The position numbers and the translations under genes are program-made. The notes beneath the pieces were generated by a model, which saw nothing but the letters and a program-made list of their open reading frames with translations, did no database searches and had not been told where the DNA came from. From Candidatus Krumholzibacteriota bacterium (lineage in GTDB: Bacteria; Krumholzibacteriota; Krumholzibacteriia; JAJRXK01), in the NCBI GenBank assembly GCA_963727455.1, contig CAVSGG010000007.1:1-64000 (forward strand): a stretch of 64,000 nucleotides of DNA, given 5' to 3'. Shown here piece after piece: positions 25,876 to 36,708 of this stretch (its first letter is position 1; every line of letters starts with the position of its first letter).

Positions 25876-26289
25876 ATGTTGATGCCCAAGCGCGTCAGAC
25901 GGCGGAAAGTTCAAAAGGGGCGAATGCGTGGTACGGCACAGCGTGGGTCTGAGATTTCCTTCGGACGCTTCGCGATCCAGGCCGTCGAACCCGGCTGGAT
26001 CAAGAGTCGTCAAATCGAAGCGGCGCGTGTCGCGATCACTCGCCACGTGAAGCGTTCGGGAAAGCTGTGGATTCGCATTTTCCCGGACAAGCCGATCACC
26101 ATCAAGCCGGCCGAAACCCGCATGGGTAAGGGCAAGGGCTCACCCGAGTACTGGGTGGCCGTGGTCAAGCCGGGGCGGATCTTGTTCGAACTCGGCGGTA
26201 TCGACGAGAAGCTTGCCCACGAGGCCATGGAGCGCGGGATGCACAAGCTGCCGCTCAAGACCAAGTTCGTCGTCCGGGAGGAAGACTGA
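25876..26289 (+). CDS. rplP: 50S ribosomal protein L16
   Basis: [16 protein letters not shown]. Confidence 0.99.
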   Translation: MLMPKRVRRRKVQKGRMRGTAQRGSEISFGRFAIQAVEPGWIKSRQIEAARVAITRHVKRSGKLWIRIFPDKPITIKPAETRMGKGKGSPEYWVAVVKPGRILFELGGIDEKLAHEAMERGMHKLPLKTKFVVREED

Positions 26290-26501
26290 TGACGAAGGCC
26301 TTCGAATTGAGAGACCTCAGCGCGAACGAACTCGCGGCTCGGGCCGAAGAACAGGCCGAGCAGCTGATGAACTTCCGTCTGCAGCTGAAGTCCAGAAAAT
26401 TGGACAACCCGTTGAGCTATCGCATCGCTCGTCGCGAGCTGGCTCGTTTGAAGACAGTGCTGAATGAAAAGCGGCGTGAAGCCGAGAAGGACGAGGCGTA
26501 G
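26289..26501 (+). CDS. rpmC: 50S ribosomal protein L29
   Basis: KAFELRDLS...[13 protein letters not shown]; synteny. Confidence 0.96.
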   Translation: MTKAFELRDLSANELAARAEEQAEQLMNFRLQLKSRKLDNPLSYRIARRELARLKTVLNEKRREAEKDEA

Positions 26502-26506
26502 GACCC

Positions 26507-26788
26507 ATGGTAGAGCAAGTGGCAAAACCGGCCGAAGACCGCGCGCATCGCGCCGTACGGCTGGGACAAGTCGTGAGCGCGAAGATGGACAAGACGCTCG
26601 TCGTTCAGGTGACGCGAAGGGTGCGTCACCCAGTCTATTCCCGCTTCATCAAGCGGTCCACCAAGCTCTACGTGCACGACGAGAAGAACGACGCGCACGA
26701 GGGCGATATGGTGAAGGTCATGGCGACAAGGCCTCTGAGCAAGAACAAGTGTTGGCGCCTCGTCGAAGTCATCGAGCGCGCGAAGTAA
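26507..26788 (+). CDS. rpsQ: 30S ribosomal protein S17
   Basis: [23 protein letters not shown]. Confidence 0.98.
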   Translation: MVEQVAKPAEDRAHRAVRLGQVVSAKMDKTLVVQVTRRVRHPVYSRFIKRSTKLYVHDEKNDAHEGDMVKVMATRPLSKNKCWRLVEVIERAK

Positions 26789-26811
26789 ACCCCGGGACGG
26801 AGAGCCCAGTC

Positions 26812-27180
26812 ATGATTCAGGAAGAGACACTACTTACGATCGCGGACAACTCGGGCGCCAAGACCGCCAAGTGTATCCGCATCCTCGGGGGCACCGGCCG
26901 GCGCTACGCCTACGTGGGAGACATCGTGGTACTCGCCGTCAAATCGGCCATCCCCGGGGGTACGGTCAAGAAGGGCCAGGTCGTGAAGGGCGTCATCGTT
27001 CGCACGCGTAAGGAGCGTGGGCGCAAAGACGGAAGTCTGATTCGTTTCGGCGACAACGCAGCCGTCATCGTGAATGACGAACGTGAGCCCGTCGGCACGC
27101 GTATCTTCGGGCCGGTGGCTCGTGAACTTCGCGAGCGGCGCTTCATGAAGATCGTCTCGCTCGCGCCCGAAGTGGTTTAG
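26812..27180 (+). CDS. rplN: 50S ribosomal protein L14
   Basis: [26 protein letters not shown]. Confidence 0.99.
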   Translation: MIQEETLLTIADNSGAKTAKCIRILGGTGRRYAYVGDIVVLAVKSAIPGGTVKKGQVVKGVIVRTRKERGRKDGSLIRFGDNAAVIVNDEREPVGTRIFGPVARELRERRFMKIVSLAPEVV

Positions 27181-27191
27181 GAGAGAACGCA

Positions 27192-27446
27192 ATGTCCAAG
27201 AAGGTCGCGCGCAACGACATCGTCGAGGTCATCTCTGGAGACCACAAGGGTATCCGGGGGAAGGTCCTCAAGGTCCTGCGCAGAAAGAATCGAGTGGTGG
27301 TCGAGAAGGTCCAGCTGGTGAAGCGTCACCGTCGGGAAATTCAAGGTCAGGCCACCGGCGGAATTGTCGAAGCGGAAGCTCCGATTCACCTCAGCAACGT
27401 GAAGGTGATCGAAAAGGGGCGACCGGGAGACAGTGGTGGCGAATAG
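27192..27446 (+). CDS. rplX: 50S ribosomal protein L24 (short form)
   Basis: DIVEVISGDHKG, EAPIHLSNV. Confidence 0.95.
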   Translation: MSKKVARNDIVEVISGDHKGIRGKVLKVLRRKNRVVVEKVQLVKRHRREIQGQATGGIVEAEAPIHLSNVKVIEKGRPGDSGGE

Positions 27447-27506
27447 CGAACCCCGCTCCCAGGCCTCGGGCCTCATGGTCCGTGAAGAGGGAGAAAGGCA
27501 AGATCT

Positions 27507-28046
27507 GTGATGACACGCTTGAAAGACAAGTACCACAGTGAAATCGCGCCGGCGATGATCAAGAAGTTCTCATACGCGAACGTGATGGAAGTTCCCAGAC
27601 TCACCAAGATCGTGGTGAACATGGGCGTCGGAGAGTCGATCGCGAACCCGAATCTTCTTGAAGCCGCGACGGCCGATCTGCAGGCGATCACGGGCCAGAA
27701 GCCCCAGATCACGCGCGCGAAGAAGTCGGTCGCGAACTTCAAGTTGCGCGCGGGCATGGCGATCGGCTGCCGCGTGACTCTGCGCGGGGACCGCATGTAC
27801 GAATTTATGGGACGTTTGGTGGACGTGGCTCTACCACGCGTCCGTGACTTCAGAGGAGTTTCTACCAAGCTGAGCGGTCATGGGGACTACAGCCTGGGAA
27901 TTAGAGAGCAGCACATTTTCCCCGAGATCGACTTCGACAAGATCGACAAGGCTCGGGGAATGAACGTAACCGTGGTGACCACTGCGAAGACGGACGAAGA
28001 GGGCCGGGAGCTCTTGGGCCTCTTCGGCATGCCGTTCCGCCGTTAG
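27507..28046 (+). CDS. rplE: 50S ribosomal protein L5
   Basis: [20 protein letters not shown]. Confidence 0.99.
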   Translation: MMTRLKDKYHSEIAPAMIKKFSYANVMEVPRLTKIVVNMGVGESIANPNLLEAATADLQAITGQKPQITRAKKSVANFKLRAGMAIGCRVTLRGDRMYEFMGRLVDVALPRVRDFRGVSTKLSGHGDYSLGIREQHIFPEIDFDKIDKARGMNVTVVTTAKTDEEGRELLGLFGMPFRR

Positions 28047-28070
28047 GAACAGAGAAGCGAGGAAGCGAAC

Positions 28071-28256
28071 GTGGCAAAGAAGTGTCTCATCGTCAAATCT
28101 CGGCGGAAGGCCAAGTACGGAGTACGGGCCTATAACCGCTGCCGTCGTTGCGGAAGGCCGCGCGCCTATCTGCGCAAGTTTGGTCTGTGCAGGCTCTGCT
28201 TTAGGGAATTGGCCCTGAAGGGTGACATTCCTGGCGTGGTCAAGTCGAGCTGGTAA
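28071..28256 (+). CDS. rpsN: 30S ribosomal protein S14 type Z
   Basis: 61 aa, [24 protein letters not shown]. Confidence 0.98.
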   Translation: MAKKCLIVKSRRKAKYGVRAYNRCRRCGRPRAYLRKFGLCRLCFRELALKGDIPGVVKSSW

Positions 28257-28273
28257 AAGAGAGGCAACACACG

Positions 28274-28669
28274 ATGATGACCGATCCCATCGCGGATATG
28301 CTAACTCGAATTCGAAACGCCCAGAAGGCCAAGTTCCGTCGCGTGGACATTCCGGCCTCACGGGTGAAGAAAGCCATCGCCGAGCTCTTGCTGCGCGAAG
28401 GCTACGTGCGAAGCGTCAAGTTCATCGATGAAGGTCCGCAGGGCGTAATCAGGATCTACATCAAGTACACCGAGGAAAAAGCCCCCGTGATCGAGGGAAT
28501 CAAGCGAGTGAGCCGGCCGGGGCTGAGGATCTACGCGGCCAAGAACGAGATCCCGAAGGTTCTCGGCGGCTACGGAACCGCGATTCTCTCCACGTCCCGG
28601 GGAATTCTCACCGGTCACGAGGCGCGGATGATGGGCGTGGGTGGAGAGGTACTCTGTAAGGTTTGGTAA
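28274..28669 (+). CDS. rpsH: 30S ribosomal protein S8
   Basis: [28 protein letters not shown]. Confidence 0.99.
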   Translation: MMTDPIADMLTRIRNAQKAKFRRVDIPASRVKKAIAELLLREGYVRSVKFIDEGPQGVIRIYIKYTEEKAPVIEGIKRVSRPGLRIYAAKNEIPKVLGGYGTAILSTSRGILTGHEARMMGVGGEVLCKVW

Positions 28670-28729
28670 TGAAGCCCTGGGGGCTTCACTGAGATTCTCG
28701 TCCCCGAGGTGGGGACGGCAGGAGGCAAC

Positions 28730-29272
28730 ATGTCGCGCGTAGGTTTGAAACCCATTCCTCTTCCCAGTGGAGTGGAGCTGCGCATAGAAGACGGAGTTTC
28801 GATCGTGAAGGGACCCAAGGGTGAGTTGCGTCAGCACCTTCCCGAGGGAATCGAGATCAAGATCGAGGGCGACGTCATCCTGTGCTCGAGATCTTCCGAC
28901 GCGCCGCCCATGCGCGCGCGACACGGATTGGTGCGGTCCCTGGTCGCGAACCAGGTGCAAGGAGTGACGGAGGGCTTTTCGAAGGCTCTGGACATCGTAG
29001 GTGTGGGCTACCGGGCGGAAGCCAAGGGCCGGGTGCTGAATCTGCAGCTCGGTCATTCGCATCCGATCGACTACAAGCTTCCCGACGGGATCGAAGTTCA
29101 GACCCCGGACCCGACCCACATCTTGGTCACAGGAATCGACAAGCAGAAGGTCGGTCAGGTGGCCGCCGAGATTCGCGAATTCCGTCCGCCCGAGCCCTAC
29201 AAGGGCAAGGGGGTTCGGTATCGCGAGGAGAAGATTCGACGCAAGGCCGGCAAAGTTGCTGCCAAGACCTAG
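28730..29272 (+). CDS. rplF: 50S ribosomal protein L6
   Basis: [22 protein letters not shown]. Confidence 0.99.
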   Translation: MSRVGLKPIPLPSGVELRIEDGVSIVKGPKGELRQHLPEGIEIKIEGDVILCSRSSDAPPMRARHGLVRSLVANQVQGVTEGFSKALDIVGVGYRAEAKGRVLNLQLGHSHPIDYKLPDGIEVQTPDPTHILVTGIDKQKVGQVAAEIREFRPPEPYKGKGVRYREEKIRRKAGKVAAKT

Positions 29273-29304
29273 AGTGTGACAAGGATTCAGGAGAGAGTGG
29301 CGTC

Positions 29305-29679
29305 ATGAAGGAGAATGCAAAGGCCAAGCGGGATGCCCGTATTCGTCGCAAGCGGCGGGTGCGCAAGAAGGTCTTGGGCACGGCTGAGTGTCCGCGGCTG
29401 TCGGTGTTCCGTGGCCATCGGCACATCTTCGCTCAGCTCGTCGACGACGAGTCCGGAACGACTTTGGCCTCGGCCAGCTCGATCAAACTGAAGGCCGCCA
29501 AGCCCGAGAAGGGCGAAGGTCAGAAGTGCGCGACCGCGCGGTCCGTCGGCGTCGAGTTGGCCAAGAAGGCCAACGATAAGGGAGTCACGAACGTTGTCTT
29601 CGATCGTGGCGGTTTCAAATTCCATGGCCGAGTAGCGGCCCTGGCGAGGGGCGCCCGCGAGGGCGGCCTCAAATTCTAG
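29305..29679 (+). CDS. rplR: 50S ribosomal protein L18
   Basis: [25 protein letters not shown]. Confidence 0.98.
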   Translation: MKENAKAKRDARIRRKRRVRKKVLGTAECPRLSVFRGHRHIFAQLVDDESGTTLASASSIKLKAAKPEKGEGQKCATARSVGVELAKKANDKGVTNVVFDRGGFKFHGRVAALARGAREGGLKF

Positions 29680-29690
29680 GAGGACGACAC

Positions 29691-30374
29691 GTGGCTGGAC
29701 CCAGCAGAGGGCCGAGCGGCTCTTCAGGACCTCAACGACGCGGTGGCCCCGGCGGTCCCGGAGGTCGTGGTCCCGGTGGCAACCGGGGACCCGGAGGACG
29801 TGGACAGCAAGGCCGCGGCGACAAGACCAGTGATTTGCTCGAGCAGGTGATCCACATCAACCGCGTGGCCAAGGTGGTCAAGGGCGGTCGCCGCTTCAGC
29901 TTCAACGCCATCGTCGCGGTCGGCGACGGCAAGGGCTCGGTAGGGGTTGGCCTGGGCAAGGCCAACGAAATCGCCGACGCCATCCGGAAGGCGAGCGAGA
30001 ACGCCAAGCGGAACCAGGTGAAGATCCCCATGATCGGCGGGACCATTCCTCATCGAGTCATCGGGCGGTTCGGAGCGGGGCGCGTCATGCTCAAGCCAGC
30101 GGCGCCCGGTACCGGAGTTATCGCGGCTGGAGGGGTTCGGGCGATCCTGAGCGTGGCGGGGGTGGTTGACATCCTCACCAAGCAGCTCGGAAGCAACAAC
30201 CCGCACAACGTGGTACGCGCGACCATGGTGGGAATCAACGGGCTCCGCACGGCGGAACAGATGGCCGCCAAGCGCGGTCTGACCGTGCCGGAAATCTACG
30301 GTCTGCGTGGAGGCGGTCCGAAGAAGGCGAAAGCTGAGCAAGAGAACGCTTCCACCGAGCAGGTAGAGGAATAG
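29691..30374 (+). CDS. rpsE: 30S ribosomal protein S5 (Gly/Pro/Arg-rich N-terminal extension)
   Basis: [28 protein letters not shown]. Confidence 0.99.
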   Translation: MAGPSRGPSGSSGPQRRGGPGGPGGRGPGGNRGPGGRGQQGRGDKTSDLLEQVIHINRVAKVVKGGRRFSFNAIVAVGDGKGSVGVGLGKANEIADAIRKASENAKRNQVKIPMIGGTIPHRVIGRFGAGRVMLKPAAPGTGVIAAGGVRAILSVAGVVDILTKQLGSNNPHNVVRATMVGINGLRTAEQMAAKRGLTVPEIYGLRGGGPKKAKAEQENASTEQVEE

Positions 30375-30377
30375 GCC

Positions 30378-30563
30378 ATGGCGCGAATCAAGATCACGCA
30401 AGTTCGCAGCGGCATCGACCGCCCCGAGAATCAGAAACGGATCCTGGTCGCTCTGGGACTGCGGCGCAATCAGACCAGTGTGGTTCACGACGACTCTCCC
30501 ACCATCCGGGGGATGTGCGAGAAGATTCCTCATCTGGTGCGCGTGGAAACGGCGGAGGAGTAG
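30378..30563 (+). CDS. rpmD: 50S ribosomal protein L30
   Basis: IKITQVRSGI, LGLRR, PTIRGM. Confidence 0.97.
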   Translation: MARIKITQVRSGIDRPENQKRILVALGLRRNQTSVVHDDSPTIRGMCEKIPHLVRVETAEE

Positions 30564-30566
30564 CCG

Positions 30567-31016
30567 ATGAAGCTCAATGAGATTTCCCGCCCCGCGGGTT
30601 ACAAGAAATCCAAACCCCCCAAGGGCAGAGGCCAGGGCACGGGCAATGGCAAGACCTCGGGTAAGGGACACAAGGGTCAGAAGGCGCGCTCGGGTGCCAA
30701 GCGTCGCCCGTGGTTCGAAGGTGGGCAGATGCCCCTCAATCGTCGCGTGCCCAAGCGAGGATTCAAGAACCCCTTCGTGAAGACCTATCAGATCGTGAAT
30801 CTGCGAGATCTGAGCCGGCTCGGCGACGAACTCACGGTGAACGCAGCGGTTCTTCACGCGGCGGGACTGATCCATCGCGTGGATCAGCCCATCAAGCTCT
30901 TGGCCGATGGCGCGATCGAACACGCGTACCAGGTCGAGGTGGATCGAGCCAGCAAGGCCGCGATTGAGGCGATCTCAGCTGCCGGCGGACAGGTCACGGT
31001 GAAGGAAGCCAACTAG
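30567..31016 (+). CDS. rplO: 50S ribosomal protein L15
   Basis: GKTSGKGHKGQKARSG, FEGGQMPL..RVPKRGF. Confidence 0.99.
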   Translation: MKLNEISRPAGYKKSKPPKGRGQGTGNGKTSGKGHKGQKARSGAKRRPWFEGGQMPLNRRVPKRGFKNPFVKTYQIVNLRDLSRLGDELTVNAAVLHAAGLIHRVDQPIKLLADGAIEHAYQVEVDRASKAAIEAISAAGGQVTVKEAN

Positions 31017-31037
31017 GCTTTCGGGAAGGACTCGAGC

Positions 31038-32354
31038 GTGAAGCTCACAGAGGGCTATCAGAACATGTTCAGGATTCCGGAGCTCAAGCGCCGGATCCTG
31101 TTCACGGCCGGGATTCTGATCGTGTACCGGCTGGGTGGGCACATCGTTACGCCCGGGATCGACAGCTCCGCGCTGCGCGGCTTCTTCCAGGCCCAGGCCG
31201 GAGGGCTTCTGGGACTGTATGACATGTTTGCGGGGGGCAACTTCTCCAAGGCCACGATCTTCGCTCTGGGAATCATGCCGTACATCTCGGCCAGCATCAT
31301 CTTGCAGCTTCTCCAGGCGGTCGTTCCCTATTTCGAGCGACTGGCCAAGGAGGGCGAGGAAGGACGAAAGAAGATCACCCAGTACACCCGTTACGGAACG
31401 GTTGGACTGGCCTTCATCCAGGCGGTAGGGATCAGCATCTTTCTCTCTTCACTGAAGGGAATCGCGGGAGAGCCCGTCGTTCCCCATCCGGGCCTGCTCT
31501 TCAAGGTGGTGACGGTAAGCACTCTGGTTACCGGTACTGTCTTCGTGATGTGGTTGGGCGAGCAGATCACGGACCGGGGTATCGGCAACGGAATCTCGCT
31601 CATCATCACCATCGGGATCATCGCGCGCTATCCCTCGGACATCCTGCGTACGATTCAACAGCTGAAGTTGGGCGAGATGCACTACTTCAAGCTGATCGTC
31701 CTGTTGATCTTCATGGCGGCGGTGATCGCTTCCATCATCTTGATCACGCAGGGACAGCGTCGAATTCCGGTGCAGTACGCCAAGAAGATGGTCGGCCGCC
31801 GCATGTACGGGGGGGCGCAGACGCACATTCCCCTCAAGGTCAACACGGCCGGCGTGATCCCGATCATCTTTGCTCAGTCGATCATCATGCTGCCGGCGAC
31901 CTTGGCCAATTACTTCCCCAACAATCCGGCCATGATGGCCATCGCGGGGATCTTCAGGCCCGGAGCGCCGGTCTACATTCTGATCTACTCGATCATCATC
32001 ATTTTCTTCTCGTACTTCTACACCGCGGTCGTGCTGAATCCCGTCGATCTCGCGGACAACATGAAGAAGTACGGCGGCTTCATTCCCGGAATTCGCCCGG
32101 GGAAGAGGACCGCAGAATACATCGACCGGGTACTCACGCGTGTGACTTTGCCCGGTTCGATTTTCTTGGCCGTGATCGCCGTATTGCCGGACATTTTGAT
32201 CCGTCAGGCGAACGTGCCCTTCTATTTCGGCGGTACCGGGCTTCTGATCGTCGTGGGCGTGACTCTGGATACTTTGCAGCAGATCGAGAGCCACCTTCTC
32301 ATGCGCCACTATGACGGGTTCATGAAGAAGGGGAAGCTGCGGGGACGGCGATAG
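31038..32354 (+). CDS. secY: preprotein translocase subunit SecY
   Basis: IFALGIMPYISASII, GIGNGISL, FGGTGLLIVVGV. Confidence 0.99.
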   Translation: MKLTEGYQNMFRIPELKRRILFTAGILIVYRLGGHIVTPGIDSSALRGFFQAQAGGLLGLYDMFAGGNFSKATIFALGIMPYISASIILQLLQAVVPYFERLAKEGEEGRKKITQYTRYGTVGLAFIQAVGISIFLSSLKGIAGEPVVPHPGLLFKVVTVSTLVTGTVFVMWLGEQITDRGIGNGISLIITIGIIARYPSDILRTIQQLKLGEMHYFKLIVLLIFMAAVIASIILITQGQRRIPVQYAKKMVGRRMYGGAQTHIPLKVNTAGVIPIIFAQSIIMLPATLANYFPNNPAMMAIAGIFRPGAPVYILIYSIIIIFFSYFYTAVVLNPVDLADNMKKYGGFIPGIRPGKRTAEYIDRVLTRVTLPGSIFLAVIAVLPDILIRQANVPFYFGGTGLLIVVGVTLDTLQQIESHLLMRHYDGFMKKGKLRGRR

Positions 32355-32362
32355 GAAGAAGA

Positions 32363-32943
32363 ATGGCCAAACGAGTGCTCATCATGGGCCCTCCGGGGTC
32401 CGGCAAGGGAACTCAGGCTGCCAAGATTTGCGCGAAGCGGGGTCTGGATCACGTCTCCACGGGAGACATTCTCCGCGAAGCGATGAGGGCCGGCAGCGAG
32501 ATCGGTCGCAAGGTCAAGGCGGTCGTAGATAGCGGGAATCTGGTCGGCGACGAGCTCATGTGCGAGCTGGTCAAGGATCGTCTCGCCGAGGAGCGAGCCC
32601 AGCCTGGATTCATGCTGGACGGCTTCCCGAGGACGGTTCCACAAGCCGAGGCCCTTCTGAGCATGCTCGGTAAGGGCGGGATCGAAGCGGTCCTTCTGCT
32701 GAGGGTGCCCGAAGAGGAAATTGTCGAGCGCCTGCTGGCCGAGAGGCCGTACGGACGATACGAGAGAGACCATCCGACATCGGTTGGAGGTCTACGAGAA
32801 GGAGACTGAGCCCGTTCTGCGTTATCTGGAAAGCCAGGGCGTGGACATCGTCGTCATCGACGGTCATGGGTTCGGTCGAGCTAATAGCGGAACGGATCGA
32901 AAGTGTCTTGGACGCAGTCAATCAATCTGAAGAGCCCGCGTGA
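32363..32943 (+). CDS. adk: adenylate kinase, short-LID type (indels near 32742 and 32870)
   Basis: GPPGSGKGTQA, STGDILR, LDGFPRT, RGRTDD. Confidence 0.95.
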
Positions 32944-33670
32944 GATCGACCTCATGGCCGCTGCGGGTCGGAGCCTGGCGAAGGTCTTCCTGCGCCTGCG
33001 CGACGGTGAAGTGCGCGCGGGAGTCAAAACTCGCGATCTGGACACCAAGGTGGAGAAGTGGATTCGGGAGATGAACTGCGTGCCGTCATTCAAGGGCTAC
33101 CACGGGTATCCCGCCTCGGTCTGCATTTCGGTCAACGAGGAAGTCGTTCACGGAATCCCCGGTGATCGGATCATCGAGGACGGCGACATCGTGGGAATCG
33201 ACATCGGACTCATCCAGAACGGATGGCATGCCGACAGCGCCGAGACTTTCCAGGTCGGTGATGTCGGGCCCGAGTCCCGGGAGCTGTGCGAAACGACCCT
33301 GCAGGGGCTCCAGGCCGGCCTGGATGCCTGCGTGGCGGGGAACCGCATCGCCGACATCGGTCGCGCGGTCGAGAAGCACGCCAAGGAAAAAGGATACGGT
33401 GTGGTGGAACAACTCGTCGGGCATGGAATCGGAACCTCGCTTCATGAGGATCCACAGGTGCCCAACTACGAGTGCATGACGATGCCGAATCCCAAGCTCG
33501 AGGTGGGTTTGGTGCTCGCGATCGAGCCCATGTTCAATTTGGGAGGCAAGGAAGTCCTGACGCTCCCCGACGAATGGACCGTGATCACGGCTGACCGCAA
33601 GAGATCAGCTCATTACGAGCACACGGTAGCGATCACGGAGGAAGGCCCGAAAGTACTGACGGCCCGGTAG
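32903..33670 (+). CDS. map: methionine aminopeptidase type I
   Basis: SVNEEVVHGIP, GHGIG, HEDP, AIEPM, SAHYEHT. Confidence 0.98.
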   Translation: MSWTQSINLKSPREIDLMAAAGRSLAKVFLRLRDGEVRAGVKTRDLDTKVEKWIREMNCVPSFKGYHGYPASVCISVNEEVVHGIPGDRIIEDGDIVGIDIGLIQNGWHADSAETFQVGDVGPESRELCETTLQGLQAGLDACVAGNRIADIGRAVEKHAKEKGYGVVEQLVGHGIGTSLHEDPQVPNYECMTMPNPKLEVGLVLAIEPMFNLGGKEVLTLPDEWTVITADRKRSAHYEHTVAITEEGPKVLTAR

Positions 33671-33702
33671 GGTCGCGGGGGCCGAAGGAAACGTAGAAGC
33701 AT

Positions 33703-33921
33703 ATGGCCAAAGAGGAATCAATTTCAGTCGAAGGAACGGTGGTCGAGGCTCTGCCCAACGCCATGTTCCGTGTCGAGCTCGAGAACAAGCATGTGGTATT
33801 GGCCCACGTATCGGGGAAGATGCGCATGCATTTCATCCGGATTCTGCCGGGGGACAAAGTCACGCTGGAGCTTTCTCCGTATGACCTGACCCGCGGACGA
33901 ATCGTGTACCGCTACAAGTGA
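33703..33921 (+). CDS. infA: translation initiation factor IF-1
   Basis: [27 protein letters not shown]. Confidence 0.99.
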   Translation: MAKEESISVEGTVVEALPNAMFRVELENKHVVLAHVSGKMRMHFIRILPGDKVTLELSPYDLTRGRIVYRYK

Positions 33922-33929
33922 GGGATGCA

Positions 33930-34043
33930 ATGAAGGTGCGCGCGTCCGTCAAGAAAATCTGTGACAAGTGCAAGATCATCCGACGCAATGGCAAGATACG
34001 GGTGATCTGTGAGAACCGCCGCCATAAGCAGCGGCAGGGCTAG
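33930..34043 (+). CDS. rpmJ: 50S ribosomal protein L36 (absent from ORF track)
   Basis: Read by hand: [37 protein letters not shown]. Confidence 0.98.
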   Translation: MKVRASVKKICDKCKIIRRNGKIRVICENRRHKQRQG

Positions 34044-34101
34044 CTCGAGCTAGCGAGGAGAGCTACCGCGCCGAGAATGGCGCGCGGAAAGGAGCCATGA
34101 G

Positions 34102-34470
34102 GTGGCACGCATTGCCGGAGTCGACATTCCCAACGAGAAGCGGATCGTGACCTCGTTGACGTACATCTACGGGATCGGACCGAGCCGCGCTCGCAAAATC
34201 TGCGAGAAGTGCCAGGTCGACACCGAGGTGAAGACAAAGGATCTCTCGGAGGAGCAATCCAAGCTCATCCGGAATCTCATCGAGAAGGACTATCAGGTCG
34301 AGGGTGCGTTGCGGGCGGAAGTCTCGATGAACATCCAGCGTCTCGAGGACATCGGATGCTATCGAGGTTTGCGCCACCGCCGTCATCTGCCGGCCCGGGG
34401 CCAGAATACCAAGAACAACGCTCGCACCCGCAAGGGGCCCAAGTCCCGGCCGGGCGCCAAGAAGAGCTAG
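34102..34470 (+). CDS. rpsM: 30S ribosomal protein S13
   Basis: [35 protein letters not shown]. Confidence 0.99.
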   Translation: MARIAGVDIPNEKRIVTSLTYIYGIGPSRARKICEKCQVDTEVKTKDLSEEQSKLIRNLIEKDYQVEGALRAEVSMNIQRLEDIGCYRGLRHRRHLPARGQNTKNNARTRKGPKSRPGAKKS

Positions 34471-34527
34471 CGTGTAAGCGTCAGGAAACCCAACTCGCCC
34501 CTGAACCGGGACTCGTTAGGAGGAAGC

Positions 34528-34914
34528 GTGGTTGCCAAGAAGGGCAAGAGCAGAAAAGTAAAGAAGAAGGTAGACGCGTTTGGTGTTGCCCACGTGAAGT
34601 CGAGTTTCAACAACACGATTATCACCATTACCGACACCAATGGAAACGTCGTCGCCTGGAACAGCGGTGGCAAAGTGGGGAACAAGGGTTCCCGCAAGAG
34701 CACCGCCTACGCCGCGCAGATGGCGGCGCGCCAGTGCGCCGATGAAGTGCAGCAGATGGGTATGAAGAAGATCGAGATCTGGGTGAAGGGGCCGGGTAGC
34801 GGACGCGAGGCCGCGATCCGCAGCCTCAAGTCTTCCGGCCTCGAGGTTGCCCGGATCAAGGATGTGACCGCGGTGCCACACAACGGCACGCGTCAACCAC
34901 GCAGACGTCGGTAA
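34528..34914 (+). CDS. rpsK: 30S ribosomal protein S11
   Basis: [24 protein letters not shown]. Confidence 0.99.
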   Translation: MVAKKGKSRKVKKKVDAFGVAHVKSSFNNTIITITDTNGNVVAWNSGGKVGNKGSRKSTAYAAQMAARQCADEVQQMGMKKIEIWVKGPGSGREAAIRSLKSSGLEVARIKDVTAVPHNGTRQPRRRR

Positions 34915-34976
34915 GGACAGGATCATCATTCTCATTGTCGTTCCCATCAGGGGGCGGCCGGAGGTAGTACGGACAG

Positions 34977-35609
34977 ATGGCACGGTATCTCGATCCGAAG
35001 TGTAAGCTCTGTCGCCGCGAGGGCATGCAACTGTTCCTCAAGGGCGAACGCTGCTTCAGCGACAAGTGCGCAGTGGAGAAGCGCCCCTACGGGCCCGGCG
35101 AGCACGGTCGTCGCCGGCAAAGCAAGCCCTCGGAGTACAAGCTCCAGCTTCGTGAGAAGCAAAAGGTGCGTTCGATCTACGGAGTGCTCGAGCGGCAATT
35201 CCGCAGGAACTTCGCGGAAGCCACGCGACGGCGCGGCGAAACGGGTGGCAATCTCTTCAACATTCTGGAGGCGCGCCTGGACAACGTCGTCTACCGCATC
35301 GGTCTCGCTCCGAGCCGCAATGCCGCTCGCCAGCTCGTGAATCACAACCACGTTCTCGTGGATGGCAAGCGAGTCAACATCGCGAGCGCACCGGTCGGCG
35401 TGGGTCAGCGGGTGTCGATCCGACAAAGGAGCCGGAACATGCCGGTGGTCGTGGAATCGATCAAGTCGGCGAGCCGCCGCACTCCGCTGCCGTTCGCGGA
35501 GCTCGATGCCGCTTCGTTCAGCGGACAGCTCCTGCGGGAGCCCACGAAGGGCGATCTGCCGATCCCCATTCAGGAAAACCTGATCATCGAGCTCTATTCG
35601 AAGGTCTGA
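34977..35609 (+). CDS. rpsD: 30S ribosomal protein S4
   Basis: MARYLDPKCKLCRREG, LEARLDNVVYR. Confidence 0.99.
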   Translation: MARYLDPKCKLCRREGMQLFLKGERCFSDKCAVEKRPYGPGEHGRRRQSKPSEYKLQLREKQKVRSIYGVLERQFRRNFAEATRRRGETGGNLFNILEARLDNVVYRIGLAPSRNAARQLVNHNHVLVDGKRVNIASAPVGVGQRVSIRQRSRNMPVVVESIKSASRRTPLPFAELDAASFSGQLLREPTKGDLPIPIQENLIIELYSKV

Positions 35610-35667
35610 TGCGCAAGAAGCCGAGCGACGATAGCCCACTAGCCCACCAAGGAAGAGGGATGCGAGC

Positions 35668-36681
35668 ATGAAGTGGAAAAATCTCCTGATGCCCAAAGGC
35701 ATTGATCCCGAGCTGAGCAAGATCGAAGGGAACAAAGCCCAGTTGGTGATTCAGCCTCTCGAGCGAGGCTTTGGTATGACCATCGGGAACGCATTCAGGC
35801 GCACGCTTTTGGCCGCCATTCAGGGCGCCGCGGTGACCGCAATAAAAATCGAGGGAGTGCGCCACGAGCTAAGCATCATCTCCGGCGTGATCGAGGACGT
35901 GACGGACATCCTGCTGAACTTCAAGCAGGTCGTGTTCAAGTTCGACCGGGACGAACCGTGCTGGATGAGCCTCGAGGCGGACCAGGAAGGCACCGTTACC
36001 GCGGGGATGATCAACTGCGCCACTGGCGTGAGCGTGGTCAACCCCGATCAGGTCATCTGCACTCTGGCCGAGGGCGGCGTGTTCAAGGCACAAATCTACG
36101 TGGATTACGGGCGCGGTTACGTCGATCGTGAAGAGACCGAGGTTCCCGATGATTCCATTGGCGTGATGAAGTTGGACGCGAGCTTTTCACCTTTGGTCAA
36201 GGTAGCCTATCGGGTGGAAGACACCCGCGTCGGGCAACGCACTGACTACGATCGTCTTATCCTCGAGATCGAGACGGACGGCAGCGTGACGCCCGAGGAT
36301 GCCCTGGCCTTCTCGGCCAAGATCCTCAAGGATCACATGCAGCTCTTCATCAATTTCGACGAAGAGCCGATCGATCAACCTCAGAGCGAGGTGGACGAGG
36401 ATACCGAGAAGTTGGCCGAGATGCTCAAGCGCAGCGTGGACGAGCTGGAGCTCTCCGTCAGGTCGGCCAACTGCCTCAAGGCGGGCCACATCGACTCCAT
36501 TTTCGATCTGGTGACCCGTTCGGAGAGCGAAATGCTCAAGTTTCGCAATTTCGGCCGCAAGAGTCTCAACGAGATCGGGGAGATCTTGGAGGGAATGGGA
36601 TTGCGGTTCGGGATGAGTTTCGAAGACGATGTCGTCCGTCTGGTCAAAGGCGAGAACGAAGCGGCGTCGGTCGCCTCCTAG
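35668..36681 (+). CDS. rpoA: RNA polymerase alpha subunit
   Basis: PLERGFGMTIGNAFRR, ELELSVRSANCL, NFGRKSLNEI. Confidence 0.99.
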   Translation: MKWKNLLMPKGIDPELSKIEGNKAQLVIQPLERGFGMTIGNAFRRTLLAAIQGAAVTAIKIEGVRHELSIISGVIEDVTDILLNFKQVVFKFDRDEPCWMSLEADQEGTVTAGMINCATGVSVVNPDQVICTLAEGGVFKAQIYVDYGRGYVDREETEVPDDSIGVMKLDASFSPLVKVAYRVEDTRVGQRTDYDRLILEIETDGSVTPEDALAFSAKILKDHMQLFINFDEEPIDQPQSEVDEDTEKLAEMLKRSVDELELSVRSANCLKAGHIDSIFDLVTRSESEMLKFRNFGRKSLNEIGEILEGMGLRFGMSFEDDVVRLVKGENEAASVAS

Positions 36682-36708
36682 GAATTTCAGGCGCAAGGAA
36701 GAACGGCA

